Shown: positions 6,484 through 12,890 of the stretch, in pieces | Position numbering within the stretch: the stretch's first letter is position 1 | How the letters are laid out: each line of letters opens with the position of its first letter | Assembly (NCBI GenBank): GCA_039802265.1 | Contig: JBDRWI010000062.1 | Coordinates: 1 to 12,890 of the forward strand | Direction: 5' to 3' | Length of the DNA stretch: 12,890 nt | Source of the DNA: a candidate division WOR-3 bacterium | GTDB taxonomy: Bacteria > Hydrothermota > Tepidihabitantia > SM23-42 > JAOAFX01 | The notes under the pieces: model-generated | What the model saw: only the letters and a program-made list of their open reading frames with translations | The model's database searches: none | Told to the model about the DNA's origin: nothing | Made by a program: the position numbers and the translations under genes

Positions 6484-6514
6484 TTCTTTGCAAGGCTAAA
6501 GCCTTGCCCTACAA
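6484..6514 (-). repeat. GTAG REP-like hairpin, copy 2 of the 31-bp perfect direct repeat
   Basis: Identical to 6082-6112. Confidence 0.9.
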
Positions 6515-6568
6515 ATATCTTAAATAATATTTTATCTACCAGCATCCGAACCCCAACCCATTAACTGC

Positions 6569-7129
6569 TTACTTTTTTCTTTCAAAAGGCATTCCCAGAC
6601 CTTCAAGTAGAGCCAGGGCATCTTCATCCTTCTTTGCCGATGTGACAATCGCGATATCCATTCCAAAGACCTTCTTTACTTTATCATATTCTATCTCGGG
6701 AAATATTGTCTGTTCATTGAGTCCCAAGTTATACGAACCCCGACCGTCAAATGAATCACGGGAGAATCCCTTAAAGTCCCTTATCCTTGGTGCAGCAAAA
6801 TTTACAAACCGATCAAAAAACTCATACATCCTCGCTCCCCGCAGAGTAACCTTCATCCCAATAATCATCCCCTTACGAATCTTGAAGTTTGATATTGGAC
6901 GCTTTGCCCGGGTATAAACCGGTGCCTGCCCCGTTATACGGGCAAGGTCATCGCGCACAATCTCCAGAATCTTTTGGTCAGAAACCGCCTCACCGAGTCC
7001 TACATTTATTACAATCTTTTCCAACCGGGGAACTTGATAGATATTCTTATATCCCAGTTTCTTCATCAAAGATTTTCTCAATGTCTCTTCAAAATATACC
7101 TTCAATCTTGGTTTATAATCCTGTTTCAT
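6569..7129 (-). CDS. rplE: 50S ribosomal protein L5
   Basis: [57 protein letters not shown] motifs. Confidence 0.98.
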   Translation of the reverse strand: MKQDYKPRLKVYFEETLRKSLMKKLGYKNIYQVPRLEKIVINVGLGEAVSDQKILEIVRDDLARITGQAPVYTRAKRPISNFKIRKGMIIGMKVTLRGARMYEFFDRFVNFAAPRIRDFKGFSRDSFDGRGSYNLGLNEQTIFPEIEYDKVKKVFGMDIAIVTSAKKDEDALALLEGLGMPFERKK

Positions 7130-7146
7130 CTATCTACCATCCATTT

Positions 7147-7467
7147 CTAATCAATTATTTCGCCACATTCCTTACAGATGCGCACCCTTTTCTTCTCAAC
7201 CTTCTCTCTTTTTATACGGGTCTTTTTGCCACACTTAGGGCAGATAAGGACAAGATTAGAAATATGAACCGGAGCGGGTATTGTAATAATCCCGGAGGGT
7301 TCGGTCTGGGAGCGGGCGCGCTTGTGTTTCTTAACAAGATTTACCCCTTCAATCAGGGCGGTCTGTCTTTCGCAATCAATTTCAAGAACCCTCCCTCTTC
7401 TACCCTTCTCTTCACCGGTATTTACTTCTACCAAATCATTCTTTTTAATATGAAATTTATGCTTCAT
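7147..7467 (-). CDS. rplX: 50S ribosomal protein L24
   Basis: KOW-like IKKNDLVEVNTGEEKGRRG, IEGVNLVKKH, APVHISNL; has CPKC/CKEC pairs. Confidence 0.97.
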   Translation of the reverse strand: MKHKFHIKKNDLVEVNTGEEKGRRGRVLEIDCERQTALIEGVNLVKKHKRARSQTEPSGIITIPAPVHISNLVLICPKCGKKTRIKREKVEKKRVRICKECGEIID

Positions 7468-7488
7468 GTCCTCCCCACTTCTAATCTC

Positions 7489-7857
7489 CTACACTACCTC
7501 ACTCGCCAGTGATAGTATCTTGGTAAATCCCTTTTCCCTCAGTTCCCGGGCAACCGGCCCGAATACACGGGTGCCCTTGGGTTCTTTCTGCTCATTGATG
7601 AGTACACAGGCATTATCATCAAATCTAATATAAGAACCATCAGGCCGTCTCAACTCCTTTTTAGTCCTCACAATCACTGCCTTTGCCTTATCTCCCTTCT
7701 TTATCGGTGCATGGGGCAGGGCATCCTTTATAGTGACATTTATTATATCACCGATATAGCCATATCTCCTTCCTGAACTACCAACCACATGGATGCACAT
7801 TGCAACCCTTGCCCCGGTATTATCACAGACCTTGAGTCTTGAATATATCTGAATCAT
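7489..7857 (-). CDS. rplN: 50S ribosomal protein L14 (122 aa)
   Basis: Canonical start MIQ at ATG 7857, overlapping the rpsQ stop (TAATG). [29 protein letters not shown]. Confidence 0.98.
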   Translation of the reverse strand: MIQIYSRLKVCDNTGARVAMCIHVVGSSGRRYGYIGDIINVTIKDALPHAPIKKGDKAKAVIVRTKKELRRPDGSYIRFDDNACVLINEQKEPKGTRVFGPVARELREKGFTKILSLASEVV

Positions 7858-8096
7858 TATGAAATCTTCTTTATCATCCGCCACCGTTTCAACTTTGATA
7901 GCGGACGGGTTTCCTGAATCAAGACCTTATCACCAACCCGTGACTCGTTCTTTTCATCATGCACATAGACCTTGGTCAGTTTTTTGATATATTTTTTATA
8001 AATCGGATGAATTGTATGCCAGACAAATCCAACAATTCTTGTCTTATTCATTTTGTCACTCAATACCACACCCACTTTTGTCTTACGCATGCCCAT
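7857..8096 (-). CDS. rpsQ: 30S ribosomal protein S17
   Basis: [43 protein letters not shown]. Start could also be the ATG at 8090. Confidence 0.96.
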   Translation of the reverse strand: MGMRKTKVGVVLSDKMNKTRIVGFVWHTIHPIYKKYIKKLTKVYVHDEKNESRVGDKVLIQETRPLSKLKRWRMIKKIS

Positions 8097-8343
8097 CTCC
8101 CTTCTTGGATTTCATCTTTGTCTCGGCGGGCTTTGCCTGTAATAATTTCACTTTGCCCAATTCTGCCTCTCTCAAAATTGTTCTGATTCGGGCAATATCA
8201 CGCCGAATAGTTCTCAGTCGCAGCGGATTGGGCAGATTCTGGGCAGCCCGTCTTATTCTGAGATTGAATAACTCACGATAAAGCCCATTCAACTGTTCAA
8301 TTAATTCTTCTTTGGTCTTTTCCCTTAATTCAAAAGCCTTCAT
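8083..8343 (-). CDS. rpmC: 50S ribosomal protein L29 with basic C-terminal extension
   Basis: [10 protein letters not shown]...ELFNLR...[17 protein letters not shown]; lies between rplP and rpsQ. Confidence 0.95.
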   Translation of the reverse strand: MKAFELREKTKEELIEQLNGLYRELFNLRIRRAAQNLPNPLRLRTIRRDIARIRTILREAELGKVKLLQAKPAETKMKSKKGDGHA

Positions 8344-8761
8344 ATTTGATACCCTCTTCCCGCTTAATAAATTTCGTCTTTATGGGCAATTTACTTGCGG
8401 CAACTCTCAAAAGTTCCCTGGCTTCTGCCTCATCCACGCCTTCAATTTCAAAAAGAACACGACCCGGCTTCACCACACTCACCCAGAATTCAGGTGGTCC
8501 TTTACCCCTTCCCATTCTTGTCTCAGCCGGTTTTTTTGAAACCGGTTTATCCGGAAATATCCTTACCCACATCTTTGCACCCTTTTTCATACTGTGACTT
8601 ATTGCAATCCTTGACGCCTCAATCTGCCTTGCGGTTATCCAGGCCGGTTCCAGGGCAAGCAATCCATACTCACCAAAGGCAATTGTATTACCACTGGTGG
8701 CCTTACCCTTCCTGCGCCCGCGCTGCTGTTTCCGATATTTTGTCTTTTTTGGCTCAAGCAT
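8330..8761 (-). CDS. rplP: 50S ribosomal protein L16
   Basis: [47 protein letters not shown]. Confidence 0.98.
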   Translation of the reverse strand: MLEPKKTKYRKQQRGRRKGKATSGNTIAFGEYGLLALEPAWITARQIEASRIAISHSMKKGAKMWVRIFPDKPVSKKPAETRMGRGKGPPEFWVSVVKPGRVLFEIEGVDEAEARELLRVAASKLPIKTKFIKREEGIKYEGF

Positions 8762-9384
8762 TAGGCAACATCTCCTTTATATATCCAGACCTTAACACCA
8801 ACCGTTCCGTAGATTGTGAATGCTGTTGACCTGGCAAAATCAATATCCGCCTTTATCGTTTGAAGTGGAACCTTACCCTCGTGATATCCTTCAGCCCGGG
8901 CGATCTCGGCACCACCGAGCCGACCCGAGCAAATAACCTTAATCCCCTTGGCACCGATCTTCATTGCGGATATAACCGACCTTTTCATTGCCCGACGATG
9001 GGAGATTCGCTGTTCAATCTGTCGGGCAATATTCTGGGCAACCAAACTCGCCTCAAGTTCCGGGATCCTTATCTCCTCAATATTTATTGCCACATCACTT
9101 TTGATCAAACTTTTAATCTCTTCGTTCAATTTCTTTATCTCCTCACCACCCTTACCAATGATCTTACCGGGTGAGGCAGTGTGGATTGATATAAAAACAC
9201 GATTTGATACCCTTCTGATAATAATATCCGAGACCATGGAATCAATGAGTCTCTCCCGGAGATATCTCCGTATTTTAAAATCTTCGGCAACAAGTTTTGG
9301 ATAATTTAACTCATCAAACCATTTAGATTTCCAATCTTTTGTAATCCCCAATCTAAAACCAATCGGATGTGTCTTCTGACCCAT
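8761..9384 (-). CDS. rpsC: 30S ribosomal protein S3
   Basis: [15 protein letters not shown]-domain [29 protein letters not shown]. Confidence 0.98.
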   Translation of the reverse strand: MGQKTHPIGFRLGITKDWKSKWFDELNYPKLVAEDFKIRRYLRERLIDSMVSDIIIRRVSNRVFISIHTASPGKIIGKGGEEIKKLNEEIKSLIKSDVAINIEEIRIPELEASLVAQNIARQIEQRISHRRAMKRSVISAMKIGAKGIKVICSGRLGGAEIARAEGYHEGKVPLQTIKADIDFARSTAFTIYGTVGVKVWIYKGDVA

Positions 9385-9753
9385 CTATTCTCCTTTCTTT
9401 AAAATAATGGGTTTAAATGAGTCAACGGCAATTTTAATATGGCAGGTCCTTCTTCTTATCAAATCAGCAGTTCCTCTGAATCCTGGTCGCCAGCGCTTCA
9501 TCTGCGGTCCATCCTGGGCGATTGCCTCCTTTACATAAAGGTCTTTATCATCAACGCGCACCTTACCAACCTGATTTTTAAAATTACTGACGGCAGAATT
9601 GAGGGTTTTTAATATTGGAATCTTACTCCGTGAATGGTGGAAACTTAAAAGTGCCCGGGCAGTTGGAATATCCTTACCCTTTATTATCCTTAAAATCCTT
9701 CGTGCCTTTGTTGGAGAAAGCCTTTCGTATCGTTTTACTGCACGGGCAATCAT
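9385..9753 (-). CDS. rplV: 50S ribosomal protein L22
   Basis: [28 protein letters not shown]...RRTCHI; lies between rpsS and rpsC. Confidence 0.95.
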   Translation of the reverse strand: MIARAVKRYERLSPTKARRILRIIKGKDIPTARALLSFHHSRSKIPILKTLNSAVSNFKNQVGKVRVDDKDLYVKEAIAQDGPQMKRWRPGFRGTADLIRRRTCHIKIAVDSFKPIILKKGE

Positions 9754-10043
9754 TTTTCAAGCTCCCTTTCCTTTTCTGCCTTTCTCATCCCGGAGTGGGC
9801 ACGAAATGTTCGGGTCGGTGCAAACTCACCAAGCTTATGACCCACCATCCGTTCCGTGATATAAACCGGTATGAATCTGTTACCATTGTGAACCGCAATT
9901 GTAAAACCAACAAATTCTGGTGGAATTATTGAATCCCTTGCCCAGGTTTTCACAATCTTCTTCTCCTTTGCCTCAATCATCCTTGTAATTTTTTTTAATA
10001 ATTTCTGGTCAATATAGGGACCTTTCTTTAAGGAACGGGACAT
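9750..10043 (-). CDS. rpsS: 30S ribosomal protein S19
   Basis: [35 protein letters not shown]. Confidence 0.98.
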   Translation of the reverse strand: MSRSLKKGPYIDQKLLKKITRMIEAKEKKIVKTWARDSIIPPEFVGFTIAVHNGNRFIPVYITERMVGHKLGEFAPTRTFRAHSGMRKAEKERELEK

Positions 10044-10044
10044 T

Positions 10045-10869
10045 TTACCTTCTCCTCTTTACGATAAACTTATCCGATATCTTCTTGACCTTTCTGGTCT
10101 TCTTTCCCTTTGTGAGCCATCCCCAAGGTGAAGTTGGATGGCGCCCACCATGGGACCTACCTTCACCACCTCCAAGTGGATGGTCTACCGGATTCATTGC
10201 CACACCCCGAACATAGGGTCTTATCCCCATGTGTCTTGTCCTACCCGCCTTACCAATGCTTATGCTTGAGTGTAATGGATTAGAAACCTTTCCAATTGTT
10301 GCCCGGCAACGAAGGTCAATGAGTCTTATCTCACCGGAGGGGAGTTTGATATGGGCATATTTACCTTCCTTTGCCAGAATCTGGCAGGAAAGACCGGCAC
10401 TCCGCACAAGTTCACCACCCTTTTTGGGCGCCAGTTCCACATTGTGAATCTCCACTCCCAAAGGGATATTACTCAAAGGCATACAGTTACCGATCTTTAT
10501 CGGTACCTCCTCTCCCGAAATAACAGTCTCACCAACCTGAAGTCCATCCGGACACAATATGTACCTCTTTTCACCATCGCGGTATTTTAGTAAGGCAATG
10601 AGGGCACTCCGGTTAGGGTCATATTCAATCGCCTCAACAACGGCCGGGATATTATCTTTGTCTCTTTTGAAATCAACTATCCTTATCTTTTTGTGATGTC
10701 CGCCCCCACGATGACGTGCCGTAATTCTTCCTGTATTATTTCTACCACCACTTTTTTTCTCCGATACCACAAGTGATTTTTCCGGTTCTTTCTTGGTAAT
10801 CGGCAATTTCACCACTGTATAGTAGCGTCTTGCCGGTGTAACTGGACGATAGGTCTTAATAGTCATCAT
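10045..10869 (-). CDS. rplB: 50S ribosomal protein L2
   Basis: [37 protein letters not shown]. Confidence 0.99.
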   Translation of the reverse strand: MMTIKTYRPVTPARRYYTVVKLPITKKEPEKSLVVSEKKSGGRNNTGRITARHRGGGHHKKIRIVDFKRDKDNIPAVVEAIEYDPNRSALIALLKYRDGEKRYILCPDGLQVGETVISGEEVPIKIGNCMPLSNIPLGVEIHNVELAPKKGGELVRSAGLSCQILAKEGKYAHIKLPSGEIRLIDLRCRATIGKVSNPLHSSISIGKAGRTRHMGIRPYVRGVAMNPVDHPLGGGEGRSHGGRHPTSPWGWLTKGKKTRKVKKISDKFIVKRRR

Positions 10870-11150
10870 ACACCCTCTATCAATTCAATCTTCTGCCCTT
10901 CTTTAATAATAACCGATGCCTTCTTATAATCGGCTCTATATCCACTGGAGCGACCGAGTCTGCGCAATTTACCTGGATAATTTGCTGTTTTCACCGCAAT
11001 CACCTCAACATTGAAGAGTTTCTCTACTGCCTCTTTGATAAGACGTTTGTTTGCCCGTTTGTCAACAATAAATTGATAGCAATTCCGTTCCCGATGAATA
11101 TCCGCCTTTTCGGTAATAACCGGTTTGATTATGACTTTTTCGTAGTGCAT
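10866..11150 (-). CDS. rplW: 50S ribosomal protein L23
   Basis: [33 protein letters not shown]. Confidence 0.96.
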   Translation of the reverse strand: MHYEKVIIKPVITEKADIHRERNCYQFIVDKRANKRLIKEAVEKLFNVEVIAVKTANYPGKLRRLGRSSGYRADYKKASVIIKEGQKIELIEGV

Positions 11151-11764
11151 TTTCGCTCCAGTTCAGACAACCCTTTCTTGGTAAAGAGCAAAAGCCCTAC
11201 CTTTAAAACATCGTAGCAATTGATATCAATGCTTCTCTTTAATGTCACATTGGGGATATTACGCACGGCTAATTTCAGATTCTTACTACACTGGTCAATA
11301 CCAATAAGCATTGGTACATTTTCGGGATTTACCTTTTTCAAAATTTCTACGAGTGCCTTTGTCTTGGGAAGACCGATATCCAGGTCTTCCATAACCATAA
11401 TCCGATTTTCCTTCGCCGATGCGCTCAATGCGGATAACAGCGCGAGTAGTTTCTTCCTCTTGGGAATAACGGTGTAGTAATCGCGCGGCTTTGGACCAAA
11501 GACCACTCCCCCCTTACGCCAGATAGGTGAACGAATACTGCCATGCCTTGCCCAGCCAATACCCTTCTGTCGCCAGGGCTTCTTGCCTCCACCCCTTACC
11601 TCAGCACGGGACTTTGTCTTTGCCGTTCCTTTTCGCTGGTTGGCAAGGATGACCTTTATATCTTCCCACAGTAATCCCTTATTCACCGCCAAACCAAAAA
11701 TATTCTCCGGGAGTTCAATCTTACCAATTTCATCACCCTGATTATTGAAAAGCCTGGTCTCCAT
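11129..11764 (-). CDS. rplD: 50S ribosomal protein L4
   Basis: TKSRAEVRGGGKKPWRQKG, RSPIWRKGGVVFGPKPRDY, RNIPNV. Confidence 0.98.
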   Translation of the reverse strand: METRLFNNQGDEIGKIELPENIFGLAVNKGLLWEDIKVILANQRKGTAKTKSRAEVRGGGKKPWRQKGIGWARHGSIRSPIWRKGGVVFGPKPRDYYTVIPKRKKLLALLSALSASAKENRIMVMEDLDIGLPKTKALVEILKKVNPENVPMLIGIDQCSKNLKLAVRNIPNVTLKRSIDINCYDVLKVGLLLFTKKGLSELERKCTTKKS

Positions 11765-11767
11765 TTC

Positions 11768-12388
11768 TTATTCCTCTTTCTTTTTTATTAAGAGAAATCC
11801 ATTCCTGGCACCCGGTACTGCACCTCCGAGATATAGAAGATTCTTCTCTTTTTCAATCTTTATAACCTTAAGATTTTTTATTGTAACGCGCTCGTTACCG
11901 TAATGCCCGGGCATTGTCTTTCCCTTCATAATCCTCCCCGGGTCTGAATGACCATGGCTTGCTGAACCGATTCTTCTGTGCGACATTGAACCATGGGAGG
12001 CAGGTCCTCCTTTCCAGCCCCAGCGCTTTACACCTCCGGCAAATCCCCTGCCCTTGGTATAACCGGTTACCGAGACCTTATCTCCGATATTAAAGATAGA
12101 AAGGTCAAGGACATCACCCGATTTATATTTATCCGGCTCTTTGACCCTAATCTCAGCCAGCCATTTTACCGATTTCAAGTTCGCCTTCTTTATATGACCA
12201 GCAATTGGCTTGGAAATCCTTTTCTTCTCCCCAAAGGCAATCTGCACTGCATTGTAGCCATCACTTTTGGTATTCTTCACCTGAACAATCGGACAGGGAC
12301 CGGCTTGAATAACAGTAAGTGGCTGGATCCTGCCATCTTCAGTAAAAATCTGAGTCATACCTATCTTTTTACCAATCAGACCAATCAT
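11768..12388 (-). CDS. rplC: 50S ribosomal protein L3
   Basis: [34 protein letters not shown]. Confidence 0.98.
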   Translation of the reverse strand: MIGLIGKKIGMTQIFTEDGRIQPLTVIQAGPCPIVQVKNTKSDGYNAVQIAFGEKKRISKPIAGHIKKANLKSVKWLAEIRVKEPDKYKSGDVLDLSIFNIGDKVSVTGYTKGRGFAGGVKRWGWKGGPASHGSMSHRRIGSASHGHSDPGRIMKGKTMPGHYGNERVTIKNLKVIKIEKEKNLLYLGGAVPGARNGFLLIKKKEE

Positions 12389-12690
12389 ACTGCCTTAACC
12401 TCAACATAGACTCCGGCCGGTATCTCAAGTTTGTTTAAGGCATCAATAATATCCGGGGTTACATCATTCAGTTCAATGAGTCTTTTATGCACCCGCAACT
12501 CAAACTGTTCGCGCGACTTCTTATCTACATGGGGGGAACGTAAGACAGTATATAAAGAACGTTCGGTGGGCAGTGGAATTGGACCCGAGATATTTATACC
12601 GAATCTTTTGGCAGTCTCAACGATTGACTTCACCGACTGGTCAAGTATCCGGTGGTCATAGGATTTCAATCGAATTCTTAACCTGTTCAT
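12385..12690 (-). CDS. rpsJ: 30S ribosomal protein S10
   Basis: [35 protein letters not shown]. Confidence 0.98.
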   Translation of the reverse strand: MNRLRIRLKSYDHRILDQSVKSIVETAKRFGINISGPIPLPTERSLYTVLRSPHVDKKSREQFELRVHKRLIELNDVTPDIIDALNKLEIPAGVYVEVKAV

Positions 12691-12721
12691 TTATTTCCCA
12701 ACCTCTGCATTCAAAAGATTT

Positions 12722-12746
12722 GTGCGATAAATCGCACCAACACTAT
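12722..12746 (-). repeat. REP-like hairpin in the tuf-rpsJ spacer
   Basis: Minus strand ATAGTGTTG-GTGCGA-TTTA-TCGCAC: perfect 6-bp stem with the family TTTA loop and a degenerate leader. Confidence 0.55.
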
Positions 12747-12766
12747 TTTTATCTTATCCTTCACGA

Positions 12767-12890
12767 TTATTCTATTATCTTGGTGACCACACCCGCACCA
12801 ACCGTCTTACCACCCTCACGAATCGCAAAACGCAAACCCTGCTCAATCGCCACCGGCGTAATCAACTCCACCTCCAAATTCGCATTATCA
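12767..12890 (-). CDS. tuf: Elongation factor Tu, C-terminal 40 residues (partial; not in the ORF track)
   Basis: Manual translation from 12889: [40 protein letters not shown], with TAA at 12769-12767. Confidence 0.98.
   Translation of the reverse strand, partial: DNANLEVELITPVAIEQGLRFAIREGGKTVGAGVVTKIIE

Noticed and set aside
6082..6514. CRISPR interpretation of the 31-bp palindromic direct repeat
   Set aside because: Only two copies, separated by 371 bp containing a gene; no cas genes.
7858..7884. 9-aa N-terminal extension of L14 in the ORF track
   Set aside because: The canonical MIQ start at 7857 gives the standard 122 aa and couples with the rpsQ stop.
6642..12661. Numerous plus-strand ORFs over the ribosomal cluster
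   Set aside because: Antisense to unambiguous ribosomal protein genes.

Overview
Bacterial chromosomal window with two convergent blocks. Left (+ strand): the 3' end of a hypothetical gene, a lipoprotein, and a 1483-aa secreted multidomain protein (NHL propeller, FlgD-like Ig, beta-helix repeats, Ig-like domain, T9SS-type C-terminal sorting domain). Right (- strand): the 3' end of tuf, the whole S10 cluster and the first half of the spc cluster (rpsJ...rplE-rpsN). This cluster stops after a zinc-type rpsN, with no rpsH. A T9SS-like CTD together with a 61-aa Zn-type S14 suggests a non-Bacteroidetes FCB-related or candidate lineage such as WOR-3 (inference only). The most unusual signal is a set of small palindromic and short-tandem DNA elements: GTAG-led REP-like hairpins with covarying stems, a BoxC-like CCCTCACCC element, and 7/8/9/10/17-bp arrays. 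The REP-like and BoxC-like elements occur in the intergenic spacers, and one REP-like sequence brackets rpsN as a perfect 31-bp direct repeat. Both types, together with the arrays, are also stacked in frame at two sites inside the large secreted gene, where they supply about 160 residues of apparently non-coding-derived protein.
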